Of a stretch of DNA of 64,000 nt, positions 16,290-30,870 are shown piece after piece. Under the pieces are notes generated by a model. That model was not told the DNA's origin and searched no databases. It saw only the letters and a list, made by a program, of their open reading frames with translations. Every line of letters starts with the position of its first letter. Positions within the stretch are counted from its first letter, which is position 1. Position numbers and translations under genes: made by a program. Source of the DNA: the human T2T-CHM13v2.0 reference genome, Homo sapiens; NCBI RefSeq assembly GCF_009914755.1, contig NC_060936.1, one strand, 5' to 3'.

Positions 16290-16710
16290 ACAGTTCCTCC
16301 ATCAAAGGGAGAATTTCTCTCTTCACCTCTTAAAATTCAGTTGGTCCTGTAATGTACTCTGGCCAATAGATTGTGAAAGAAATGATAACTTGCCAGTTCT
16401 GAACCCATGTCTCAATAGCCCTTGTGTGTATTCTACTACTTTTCTTGAGGTCTTTTTCTCCATAACGGACCATCCTGCTAGACAATAAAAGAGTGTGGAG
16501 CCTAGGTGAATAAGCTCAGTTACCCCAGTGGAGTCCTCCAACGGTAGAAAGAGCCCAGCTAAGATTAGCAAAGCTGGTTCTCAGTTGATAGTAGATGCAT
16601 GAAGGATCCCAGCCTAGACTAAATTGCTGACCTGTAGAATATTGAGATAAATAAAGTCATTGATTTAAACCACTAAGCTTTGAGGTCATTCTTTATGCAG
16701 CATTAGCTAT
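16290..16710 (+). mobile_element. MLT1H-like MaLR LTR
   Basis: tggccaatagattgtg...acttgccagttctgaaccc; end tttaaaccactaagctttgaggtcattctttatgcagcattagcta. Confidence 0.7.
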
Positions 16711-18077
16711 GTAATTTTTTTTCTCCTACTTAAACTCCTTTAATAGCTTTCCATTATTCTTAACAGAAAGTCTATTTCCTTAAAATAGCCTAACTGACAG
16801 TAGAGACTGAACAAATACATTTGGGATAAATGATTAAATAATCACTTTAATAACAGTTGCTTTTGTTATTTTAAAAATATAGTGTAAGAAATTCTGAAAA
16901 ATGAAACTGGGAATAAAAAGAGGAGCTATTTCTCTGAAGTAAATAGATAATTCTACAGCAACATAGAATATAAGGTTGTCAACCAAACAAAAACAAGTTT
17001 TCTCCTTTCTATTCAGTGTCTGGAGATAACATAGCTTACCCTAAGTAATGCCATGCTGCCTACAATTCTATCTTATTACTATCCAGAGTTTACCATTAGC
17101 AAAAAGAATAACCTCACTGTTGTAAATGGCAGCTGAACCTTCAGTCAGGCATACGTTCACGTACATATAAATTGTGCCTGTGACTTTTTGAATTTTCACA
17201 AAATTACTGGCTCCAATGTTTGGGCTAAAAACATTTTCAATTTCTATAAACCAGCCATTACAAAAAATTTTCCTGGAGGTAAATCAGCACTTTTATGGTG
17301 AAACCTGAACCAAAGAGTGTTGATGAATCTGCTTTGTGCACTTATAGGTAGGTAGTATTAAATATAAAATCCAGGTAAATAAGTAATTGAAATGTGTTAC
17401 TATTTTTATATAAGAAACAAAGTGGCAGATATAAATTCTATTCTCTTTCTAACAAAGTAAAGTAGACATTTTGTAATTGGGCCAGTGTGTATAATCTAGT
17501 CAAAGAATCAATTTGGATATATATGGCAACAATATAATACAATGCCAATAAAGTTAAATTTTTTAAAAAACGGATTAAAACTAAACTCTGCGTTTTTTCT
17601 TTGTATGCTACCTTTAGTTAATAGCTTTATCATATTAGAAATTTAGTTACCTTTCTAAATTCCTTATTTCCATTAATTTACTGTTTACCATAACCAGATA
17701 ATATTATGTCAAACTTAGAGATTGTATATCTCTAAAATCCACTCTTCCATCACTACCATCATCGTCATTTTTCTAAATTGAGCCACAACCTTCTACTTAA
17801 ATGTTGAAATCTCACTTTAAGTTTCAACCACTAATATCAAGCTTCTGTCAGTTACATTTCCCATGTCTATTCCTACTCCTACTCTCAGAGATGCTTCTTT
17901 TATACCTCTTCCTCTCTCCAATAATAATTCCATTCTCCATCTTTACTTCTAATTTATGATGTTCACTTTTTCTTGAGAAAATAAACTAATTAGAAGAGAA
18001 ATTCTCCAGGCTTCTTTCATTTCATCATCCCATCCACAAATTCTGGCCAATATTTTACTTTCTCTCCAAATTACTGG

Positions 18078-18530
18078 GTGTTATTAATTTGCTAGGGCTG
18101 CTGTAACAAAGTAGCACAAACTGGACATCTAAAAAAATTACAATTTTATTGTCTCTCAGTTCAGAAGGATAGAAGCCCAAGATCAACGTGTCTGGTTCCT
18201 TGGTCTGGTTCCTCCTATGAAGGAGAATTTTTTTCCATGTCTATCTCCTAGCTCGTGATGTTTTTACTGGCAATCTTTGACATTCTTTGGTTTGCAGATG
18301 CATTGCCTCAATTTCCACCTTAGCATTTGTGGATTCCCCTGTGTACATGTCTTTGTGTATAAATTTACTTTTTTATGAGACACAGTCAAATTTGATTAAG
18401 GCCCACCCTAAGGACTTCATTTTATGTTGATCATTTGCAGAGAACCTATCTGAAAAATCAGGTTGCAGTTGCAGGTGTTTGGGATTAGGACTATGACATC
18501 TTCTTGGAAGATACAATTCAACCAATTGCA
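18078..18530 (-). mobile_element. MLT1C-like MaLR LTR
   Basis: tttgctagggctgctgtaacaaagtagcacaaactgg...gattaaggcccaccctaa...gggattaggact...acaattcaacc. Confidence 0.8.
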
Positions 18531-19489
18531 CTGCACACATATTAACTCTATTTCTACCAAGGTAAACTCTCTGCATATGACTTGATCCTAATCCTTCTCA
18601 ACCTACTCAAGGACCTCATTTTCTTCTGAAAATTTTTCTGCCTTGCGTGTTCGCCTTTTTCTTCTCTAATAGAATCCAATAATCATGTAAACATGGTATA
18701 ACATTTGATACTTTTAAAAATCACTTTTAGACTTCAGATTTAGCCTTACATGTAAAGAGTTTGGACACTGTCACTTCTGCCCTGACAATGAGAAAAAACT
18801 GTGGACAAGATGAAAATCAATGACTAAAAATGTAATGGTAATTTTGATGAACTGCTAGATACTAAGGCTAGACAAGCCTAAGACTCAGAAATTCCTGGCG
18901 ACTACATTCTTAGGGAGTCCCCAGACCTCCATGAGCTTTCCATCAAGGAAACCCACCAGGTTATCACGGTAAAGCGCTGAGAAACGTTTCTTCATAGGTG
19001 TTTCAGGTAAGGGGGAAGAGTAATCCTTGTGAAATGTGCCCAGTAGTTTCCCCACAACAAAGGCCTACTCTCCCAAGGGGTGTGGATACAGAAGGAGCAA
19101 AGTATTGAGGCCATTCTTATAAGCAACATACCATAGACAGTGATGTGATAAGACTCATATTTTAGATGAAATGCACTGACTGTAGTGAGAACAGCAGATT
19201 GAAGGAGAAGATCTTATCATATTATCTCAAATATCAGTATATTCAAGAGCCTCATATTTCTTTTTAAAAGTCCTTTAATATGTAGAGCTAGTTGGATATT
19301 CCAGTGGGGAGCTTGGGGGTTTGAACTAAAAATAAATTCATCCTTAAAAAAATACTAGCAAACTGACTTCGACTGCATAGTTTTTTTAATATTTATAAAT
19401 ATATACACGTTAGAAGGAGAACACTTTCTAAGTCATGCCAAAAGGTAAATATCACCCTAATATTAGAACCATATAAAGATGTTACTGGA

Positions 19490-19810
19490 GAGGAAAACTA
19501 TAGACCTAGGTGATGAAAAACAGAAAAGTCTGAGAAATTGTTACAGCCAAGAGGAGTCTAGGCAGACATGCTAACTATGTGACAGATTGTTTGAATGGGA
19601 CTCTGAAACTGAAATGGGCATCAGGTAAAATCCCAGGGACCTAACTAGCATATAGACTTTACTTAATAATGTATCAATATTGGTTCACTGATTGTAACAA
19701 ATGTGCCATATTGACACAAAATATTAATAGGAGAAACTGGGTGTGCGGTACATGGGGATTCTCTGTACTAAAAATGTAACACTATTCTAAATTATAAAAT
19801 GCAGTTTTAA
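19490..19810 (+). mobile_element. L1MC3/MC4-like 3' end
   Basis: aataatgtatcaatattggttcactgattgtaacaaatgtgccatattgacac...ggtacatggggattctctgtact. Confidence 0.75.
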
Positions 19811-19849
19811 AACCATTCTTCAGATCCACTTTCTCCTCTTGTATATACA

Positions 19850-21000
<1,151 letters not shown>

Positions 21001-23345
21001 TTGTCCTCACAGCATGAGTTTGATAAGTACCTACTCAATTAATGAGAGGTGACCTGAATGATCTTTAGGATTCATTCAAATCCATCCTATAATTCCGATC
21101 TTACTATTGTCCATAAAAAAGTCTTCAGTATGTTTTCTTTGCTTTTCAGATTATATAATTTTATACTCCATATTATTATCTTCTACCCTCTCTGCAGCCT
21201 TATCTCTTCCAGTCACTCAATTCACATTTTATGTCCTCACTATACTTAATTATTTAAGTTCCTTCAACTCAACACCTTTCGCATCTCTAGATCTTTCCAC
21301 TTGCTGCCATCCACATGTGAAATAATCCCTATAAGCGCTCAGTCCCCTTTACCTATGTTAAATCCAAACTGGATTTAAATAGTATGTGTGTGCCCCACAG
21401 CACTGTGATTTAGAGAATAATGCTATGATGAATTGCTTATAAGTCATGCACATATCGCAAAAATTAGCTCAGTAATGCAAGGATCACATTCATAGTTAGA
21501 CTTAGTATAGTGCCTAAAATATAATACTATTAATACTTTTTAGGAAGCAAGTGTATAAACTAGGCATTTAAAGTTCATTATGTTTTCTATTTTGTTGTTT
21601 TCTATTTTGTTATTTTTATAATTGTCTTGAATTTTATAATATTTATAGATGTTTGCGTCACCAGTAAAATGCCTGGTTAATACATATTTGTTAAACAAAT
21701 CAAATATTATACCTAGATAAAGCCTGTGTATAAACTTTCTTCAAAATAGATTCTTAAACACTGAATTTCTCCCTTTTCCCTATAATTTAAATGACATTGA
21801 ATTCCACCTGAATGCTAAGTTATTTAATCAATAGACTGATGTAGGTACAATCACAGAAAACATTGCTTCACTCAGTTTTATCACTAACTTACTAACTTCC
21901 TTGTTGGTTTTGAGAAGTATTCCTTTTATAGCTTAGTTTCCTTGCCAAAGTTTTATTTCTATGATGCTGCTCTTGACACTGCTTTAAGTGAAAATGTTGC
22001 TATACTACTTCATAGATATTCAGAACCTTTCAGATTTTGGATGAAGAGGTCTGATTGAAAATCAGATACAGACACATATGGAGAATTCTAAGTTCCCAGT
22101 TGCCTTCAAGTTAAGTGGAGTGGGCACTTGATTATTATGAAGGCTAGAATTGGATTGAAGAATCATACTTAAAGGTGTAATGGAGCTCAGAAAGTGCCAG
22201 ACCTTAGAAGTACCTGGCCCTTGATTGTAGCAGCTGGAAGTGATTTAACAAGCACTTGAGGTGACAGAAGCAAATGCTTTATATGATGAATGGGCTGTTT
22301 CAATATAGTAAATTATTTTGCAATTTAAAAATCAGAATTAAATAGTTTATGTTTCATGAAAAAAGAAGAAGAAGCCCCGATACAAGGACATACATTCAGC
22401 GACATAACAAATGAGAGCTCAGATCAATAACATATTAACATATTTTTTGGCCCGCTACAGATAGTGTTATGCATGAAGATCCTGTATGTTTTTGTATTAA
22501 TTACAGAAATTTATATCTTGGTGATTATCTTATTGTAGCATTCGTTAAGGCTCTGTCCTTTAAGAAAATAATATTCCATGACTGCTGTCCTAAGCAAATT
22601 GATAGTCCTTAGAAACTTGCAGATATGTTAAACGATATAAGTTATTCTTATTTGATGTATTAATGTATTAAACTCTTCCATTATTTTCTCTAATCCCAAG
22701 ACTAAATAGGGTTATTTATTTATTTGCATATTTCATTCATTCATCCTTATGTTTATTGAGCACAAGCCATTTTCAAGGCACTTATAACGAGGTCTTAGGA
22801 ATATAATAGTGAGTTTGAAAGTCCTTGTTCTTAAATGATCATATATGTTATCAATAATTTAAATAAGAATCTTCCTATTATTAAAAAAAGCTGTCTTTCT
22901 GAATAAGACCTGCTGCCAAAATTGCCTTTTGTACTTGAAATTTTACTAAACTTCGAACATTATTATTTCTTAATCTGTTAGTCTTATGCCATCTGAATCC
23001 CTGTTCTAAAATAATGAAATAAAAACTATTAGAAGCCCCAATCAACTTCTCCGTGTGTGTGTGTATGAAGGTGTATGTAATAAATATGGTCATATAAATG
23101 GTAAGTTGAAAAAATATATGATTCAAGTAGATAAAAGTGGCTTTTATCTTTAGTGAGATAAAATATCCTGCCTTAACAGCATTTCTTGGCTCTTACTTTC
23201 AAAAACCACCAAAAACAAACAAATAAAACAACTAAGAAACACAAATTTTAGAAAATTAGTTATTAAGTATTTTAATTGAATATTAATATTAGTGAAGAAG
23301 TATAAAGGATACATTTGAAATAATAACATTAAATCGCCCAAATAA

Positions 23346-23665
23346 GCCATGCATCGTGGCTCACACCTGTAATCCCAGCACTTTGGGAGGCTGAGGCAGG
23401 CAGATCACTTGAGGTCAGGAGTTCCAGACCAGCATGGCCTACATGGTGAAACCCCATCTCTACCAAAAACGCAAAAAGTTAGCTGGGCATGGTGGCAGAT
23501 GCCTGTAGTCCCAGCTACTCAGGAGGCTGAGGCAGGAGAATCGCTTGAATCAGTAGGCAGAGGTTGCAGTGAGCCGAGATGGCGCCACTGCACTCCAGCC
23601 TGGGCGACAGAGAAAGGCTCCGTCTCAAAAAATAAATCAATAAATAAAATAATAAAATAAAATAA
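23346..23665 (+). mobile_element. AluS (Sx-like)
   Basis: Full dimer; TSD core gcccaaataa on both sides. Confidence 0.93.
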
Positions 23666-26600
23666 AATGCCCAAATAATTAATTTTAACCTGAAGCTATA
23701 AAATTAAAAATTGAAGTAACTATCCAGGAAATTTGGGTGATCTAAAACAAAACAAAAGGAACAAAATTCAGCAACAATCACATTTTTAAAAAGACAACAC
23801 ACAATGGGAGGGCAGAGATTCTTGTTGAGCTATCCCATTGCACAATTTACCCATATTAAATTAATTGAATTTACATTTACATTTGTCCTAAAAAAGTTAC
23901 AATTTTAGTCTTCATTTAGAGTTTCAATTCTGCTATGTACAAGTTTCTCTAACTTTCCATTTTTATTTTTTAATTTCTTAATTTGGGAGGAACAATTACA
24001 GAATAAATTGTGAATTTGCTTTTACTTGCATTAATTTATTTTGTAGCACATAACATACAACTTCAAACCTAGTATATATACAGTAGTTTTTCATTCAGTA
24101 AATGAAATCAACATCTGTTCTAAGAATAACATCTATTCATGGAACCTAGAGAAAACTATTAGAAGCCCCAAATGATCAACATCTAAATAAACTTAGCTAT
24201 TGATTACCTATCCTCCACCACATATATTATATCACTCAGATAACTCTACATTAATCTCTATAGTTATTTGCATATATGCCTTTCTCATCAATTTTAAACT
24301 GGCTTAGGGAAATTTCAGATTTCATGTACCTCCTTATTCTCATCACTTCAACTGAATTGATTGCACAAAGTAAATAGTCAAAATATATCTGTTGAATTAA
24401 GTAATAGAATATAGAAATTTAAAAATATAATACAGATATGTATTTATTAAATACCATAATATTCTAGGAGTAAAACAATCTTTCAAAAAATAATTTTAGA
24501 ATAAAGTTATGTTAATGAAGTTTTATCAGTAAACTTCATTTATAGCATCAAAAACTTAAGCACATTCAAATGTTTTTCCCACAACTTCTGTTTATACATG
24601 GTAATTGTATGATACTAAATTCAAACTATGAATTTCTGAGTACAAACTTTAAATGTTATAGTCAAGTGTAACATTATCTTTATACTGTTGTCCTCATTTT
24701 TAATGTTTTTCATAACTATAAAAATATTTATAAACTGATTTGTGATGCTTTATCACATATTACATTGTCTTATTCATTAGGTCTAATTTCTTGGCAATTT
24801 ATTATAATTATAGATTCCACCAATCTATGTTTTCATACAATCCATTATACAAGAATACAAGATCCTAGGTGGCTACAGCCAATTCTCCGACTCTTTTCAC
24901 AATCATTCTAGATGTTTTTAATTTCATACTTAAACTTTCAATAAATTTTGTGCATGTTGAAATGGTATTACATTTCAACACAATTTCAATTATGGTATAA
25001 TTCTGAAAGCACCAACATTTTTATCAATATCCAGCCCCCTAGCCTAGGAACTACAAAGTCTATCTCCAATTTCCTAGACTTCTCATATAACTTTAAATAA
25101 AGTGCATGCCTTTGTTGAGTTTTCATTCAGCCTTGTTAATAAGTTATTTCTTATTTTGCTACTCAGCTTACATATTTATTGCAGAGTTTTCCCCATTATA
25201 CCTTCTCTCTGGTTATTTTGATATACAGAAAAACGGCGAAACTTTTGTGTTTACATTTACTCCCATTAGTATATTTCACTTGATTCTCTTAAGTCTTCCA
25301 GACAATCATATATATGCTAATGAAAAGTTTGTCCCTTCTCCTCCCAGCAGCCATAGCTATTATTCTTCTTTTAAGTATTTGACTGGTTAGGAGAATGGTA
25401 AAGTAACTATTTTAATCACTAAAAAAGTCTCCTTTGAACCCTTTTTAAATGCCTTAAAGTAAAATTGTAAGACTGATGTACATATCCCAAATGTTATGAT
25501 ATTTATTGGATTATACCATAAACCAAATCATGAGGTATAGTTTTCTGCTTCCGTAGATTTAACTGTGTTATTTATTCGGGCCCTGTCAATTATTTTTACT
25601 AAATATATCAATCTTTGCAATAACTTCATGAACAGCATTAGACAATCAAAAATTTAAAAGACAAAGGAGATGATGCCAATGCCTGCCTGATATCTATCCT
25701 CTCTTTGTTTCTTGCTAGCAGAATCCCAATGAGGGAGGAAGGTAGCAATACATCTGATTATAGGCATTTTGTCTCCCCAGACACACTTACAGTTACGAAA
25801 ATCTACTGCTTTATATCCTGCTAAAAAGTTAAGAGATTTGGCTGACACTTATTTTACCCTTTGTTCAAGAATACTGCTCTGTTTTTTTTTTTTTCTAATA
25901 AAACATGTATATAGTGCCAAGAGCTTCAGTAGATATTTTGCAATACGCATGAGGAAGGTATCCATGTATTAAAGCCAGCAGACAAGAAAGGTAGAATGTC
26001 TAGTTTTTTCCAGCACTGGAAGCCTGGTATCAGCTGATTTCAGGAAATTCTTATTACCGTCAAATTGTATACTTGTTTAAGTCACTCTAGTCAGGTTCCT
26101 GTCACACAGACGTGGATGCAATTCTGAACATGTTTTTAAAACTTTTAAAAGAACTGACTGACTAAAATAAAATTAGGCAGCATTCAAAGTGTCTTTTATA
26201 AGTTTGTTCTTTTCATTTAGTTTGTAGTTGATAAGGTTTTTTGTTGTTGTGGTTTGTTTGTTTTAGCAGTTGATCCTCTACTATTGGGCTCGTTGACATC
26301 AAAGCACTATAGTCTCCACAATAGGTATTTTTGATGGTGACAAAAGCAAAAATGATTAAATATAACCTCGTAACTCTCTCACATGCAGGCCTTCTTCTAT
26401 AGAAAAGAAGAGGGTTCTTTATTGTGTTTTTTTCCTGAGTGTACAAACATCTTCTTTTTTCTTTCGTTCTTTCAAAACTTTTTCAGAAGGAAGGAATTAT
26501 CTGTCCCCTGATTAGAAGCCTAAATGAGCTTTTTCTCCTCTTTCTACATAAAGTTTATGACTCTACACACGGAAATATACTGCCATATTAACTCAGTGTA

Positions 26601-27569
26601 TCCAAAACACCTTAATAACTCCAGCTATGGCCCAAGCTAGTTACTTCAGTGAAAACCACCCTGGGTGAGAGGATCTATGTCTTCTTACACAGGGCCTAGT
26701 AGGTGAAAGCAGATTATTGCTGATTTCCTCAAATCCCATCCCTTGGCCTTTTATCTCTCCGACTGAAATGGGAATCTCAGAAAAATTGACCTTTAAATGA
26801 TTTGGCTTCTGTCTGAAACATGGGTTTAAAGATGTTAATAAAAGCAGAAATGTCTTATGACCTATAAGAAATAAACTCTTTTGAACTTAAGGTGACGCTT
26901 GTTTTATTGTTATTTTATTTAAACGAAGATGTTAGGTTAGAAAAGTATTTTAAAATCTATAGTCCAAAAGAGTAAAATTTAGACAAATATCATTTTGCAA
27001 TATACTAAAATTAAAGAATATTTTTAAAGTATCAAGTAAAAGATTTAAAATCTAATCAGTGTAATAAAAAGTGGAGTTAATTAATTTATATTGCTGAACA
27101 TCTGTTTCTAGTTATAATAAAGTTGGAGTGGTTGCAGAGTGTATTTTCGCTTTTAGATCATCTAAAATCAGATGCTTTGAAAAATTTCAAGTATAGTGAA
27201 TTTGATGATGGATACAACAGTCTCAAGAAAAAATAGCATTTTGTATTATTTGTACTGTTCAAAAACAGATGTTCTTTAAAGATGAAATCAGTTTTTACTA
27301 AAACTGAAATAAAGTTGGCAGATACTAAGACATATGACAATAAGGTCCATGAAATATTTTACAATATCATATCTATTTGTATATAAGCTTTCAAATGTCG
27401 CAAGTTTTATTTTCTGTGTGCCATATATGAGCAGAGTTTGGCACTTGAGGACTGTGCAGAACCCTCCAAGATACTGTGGGTGTCTACGTTTTTCTTTTTT
27501 TCAATCTGTTAAACCACATCTAAAATACTTCTGTATTTAAATAAATTATTTAAATCACATTAAAAACAT

Positions 27570-28120
27570 TCACTCACACAACAGAGGTTTATTGAATGCC
27601 AATGTGCTGACCACTACATGCTGCGGATGTAGCAGTGAACAAAATATTCCTTATACTAATATGTATTCTAATATGAAAATTGTACTCTAGTATAAATAAA
27701 AGAGCCAAACAACAGATTTGCTTTTTAGCAAATTATTCCCAGCTGTACATATCTCTTGCCTTTGCTAATCCTGTTTTCCTCCTTTGATTTATCTTTTTTG
27801 TTCTCCCTGTTCTGTCTACTAGAACCTACCCAACCTTAAAATCCTAGTTCCAATTTCCCTTCTTTGAAACATTATTTTATACCACATTTATTACTTTATC
27901 TCTACCTAAAACCAATTACTTCTTTTTCTGAGTTCTTATAATAGTAATTGCACTTATATACATTTACTATATTGATTTATTAGTAATCATATATTTGTGT
28001 GATTTTTTAACATAAGGACATATGTACCTAATTTGTTTTCATAGCTTCTACTCCTAATACAATGCTAGATATACATAGCCATTAAAAATGAATCATATAA
28101 AAATAAATGAACTAATGAAC
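27570..28120. mobile_element. Two L2 3' fragments in opposite orientation
   Basis: cattcactcacacaacagaggtttattgaatgcc (antisense end); aatgctagatatacatagcc...atgaa (sense end). Confidence 0.5.
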
Positions 28121-28186
28121 AATTTTAGGATGTGTTCATAGATGGCATATCAACAGGATAAAGTGATTCCAATGAGGAGTTAATAT

Positions 28187-28677
28187 TTTATTAGCTTTCT
28201 ATTGCTGCTGTAACAAATTGTCACAAAATCAGTGACTTAAAACAATGCAAATGATTTTTCAGCTCTGTAAGTTAGAAGTCTGACATGAATATCACTGAGC
28301 TAAAATCAAGGCATTACAGGGCTGCATTCTTTACTGGAAGCTCTAGGAAAGAATCTGTTCTCTTGCCTTTTCTGTCTTGTAGAAGCTGCCTGCATTCGTT
28401 GGTTTGTGGTACCCTTCCTCCATCTTCAAAGCCAGAAGTGTTTAATCTCTCTAACGTTCTTTCTCTGAAAACAGCCAGGAAATGTTTCTGCTTTTAAGAA
28501 CTCGTGTGATTAGATGGTGCAAAATGATATAATTCATGATAATCTCCCCATCTTAAAGTCATTAACCTTGATTATATCTGCAAAGTCTCTTTTGCTATGT
28601 AAGAAACATATTTACAGGTTCCTAGGATTAGGTTGTGGACATATTGGTGTGGGGAAACCATTATCCTGCCTTCCACA
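28187..28677 (-). mobile_element. MLT1D-like MaLR LTR
   Basis: ctattgctgctgtaacaaattgtcacaaa...ctgagctaaaatcaagg...atctgcaaagtctcttttgctatgtaa...attatcctgccttccaca. Confidence 0.85.
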
Positions 28678-30439
28678 ATAATTCTTATGGTTGGTAAATA
28701 TGTTTAATGACTGCTAGTCACATGTAAAAATAAAATGGCAAGTAGTGTAACATGTTGCAGCAGTCAAGTTAATAGATTGCCAGAATGTATCTGGGAAGAC
28801 ATTTTCTTCATCGTTAATAAAGAATTGAGTAAGTAATTAATTCAGTAAATGGAGTCTTGAAAAGTTACATAATTAAGTCAGCAATCAAAAGTTTTGCCAG
28901 ACTACATGTAAAGGTGAAAAGCATCAAAAGCAACACCAAGATTTTTCCTAGAAAATTAGTTTCAGAATTGTGACTCTGTTTCAGTTGAGAAGCAGTGAAT
29001 ATGAAAAGGGATTCATAAGTCTGTTTTCACCACCCAACTTCACTTGCCAGATGCAAGTTTTGAACGTACTAAAAAAAACATAGATCTTTTGCAATTTCCC
29101 CAAAGAGATTAAAGCACTGTTAAGGTATTTGTCCTGATATCCAGGCTGCAATTTCATTGGCTCAGTTTCATACCATCACTCCTACTGTCATTCCCATGAG
29201 CCATCCACAATGATACCCACAATCTTGATAAACACATCTGTCAACTACTACTACTTGTCAATGACATCAATTTAATTTTATTGGAGATAGGGTCAGAAGC
29301 AAATATCTAATAGAATACTATCCTCTAAATCACATCTAAAAATACTCACATTTGTTGTTGTCACAATTTATTTGAAGACGAAGGGAAAAAAAAGAAAATT
29401 TACCCTTGTAAATGTCAACAAAGAACAAAAGAATGGATAAAAGGAGAGTGGTAAACGTTCAATGAATGCTTGATTTAAATATATATATATATATATATAT
29501 ATAAACAAAATTGAATTTCTAGTCTTTTTAAAGTTGAAAGATGTACTTATGATTTTGGTTTTGAGAATATTAACCCAACTTTTCAACATCTTATGAAATT
29601 GACATTCAGACTACATGTTTACCTCCATAAATCAAATAATAGCCCATTTGTTTAAAACAGTTACAAACCTGAGTTTTTCTTTATGAGCAAAGTTGTCTTA
29701 TTCCCTTCAAGTTATCTTAAACTATAATCAGAAAATTTCAAGGTGATATTGTGTTTTAGTAATTATCTCATATAAGTACACACTTTAAAGATGAGGTAAA
29801 TGGAGGGATTTAATGATTTATCCAAAGATACATAGCTAGCTGGTGGCAAAACAGGAAGTTAAACTCAGTTTAAATGTTAATATTCCTTTTCACCACCAGC
29901 CTTACCTTCAGAATTACATCCCTCTTTTCCCAGTATCAACATTTGCATTCATGGTGTTCTATAGTGTACAGGTATTCTCCCTCCTAATTAATGGGAACCG
30001 GCTAGAATGTTATTCTTAGATAATATATATCATGATGATACTTGCATTTTTAAAAGATCACTCTAACTTTGGAGTGAGGGTGAGGAGTAGAAGAGGGAAA
30101 ACAGTACCCGTAGTGTGAACTCTTAAGAATATACTTGTATAGATGAAAAATGACGGGATTTTTTTTTCTATAGAGGTAGAAAAGATGGTTTCAAATTAAT
30201 TAAAATTAATAGGATATTGTGATGGAATAGGTATGGAGAAAGAGGGCCAAGAACATAATAAAGATGATTCCCAGATTTTTGGATTACACATTAGAAATAC
30301 AATGGTATTATATATTGAAATACAAACTATTAGAGAAAGACCAAAGTGTTCACCATCTTTTTCTAGTTTGTAATGCAGTAACAAACAATTCTCCAATTGA
30401 AGCAACTTTTATGAGAACAAAGTTTAGTTTTTTTCTTCA

Positions 30440-30870
30440 TCGTTAAAAAAACAGATTCTGGAGACAAGCTGATTATGAATCCCAGCTACTACACTTTACT
30501 AAATGAACATCCATGGAAAAATGACATCACTCTTGGTCTCAGTCTGCCAATTGAGGATTGTCAAATGAATGCAATAGTTGTAGGATTTCCCAGTATGCTG
30601 TAAGAATTAGATAACTTACTGTGTGTGTGTGTGTGTGTGTGTGTCTGTGTGTATACATATATATATAATGTATATATATAAAACTTCAAACATGACCTGA
30701 CACATCATAAGATCCCTTTAAATATTAGCTATTATTATTATTATCCCTATTCCAATGAATAGGAAATTGAAGCATAAGAAGCCCAAATGAATTGCATAAG
30801 ATCACACAGATAGTTAATGATAGAGGCAGAATTTAAAGCCAATCTTACTAGCTTCAGATCCAATGCTCTT
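30440..30870. mobile_element. MIR fragments containing a (TG)n/(TA)n microsatellite (30620-30680)
   Basis: ggagacaagctgattatgaatcccagctactac; aaattgaagcataag...aagatcacacagatagt. Confidence 0.6.

Noticed and set aside
23042-24151. Retro-insertion or processed pseudogene flanked by a 20-bp TSD
   Set aside because: No polyA/polyT at either end, no ORF, and similarity extends beyond the 20-mer.
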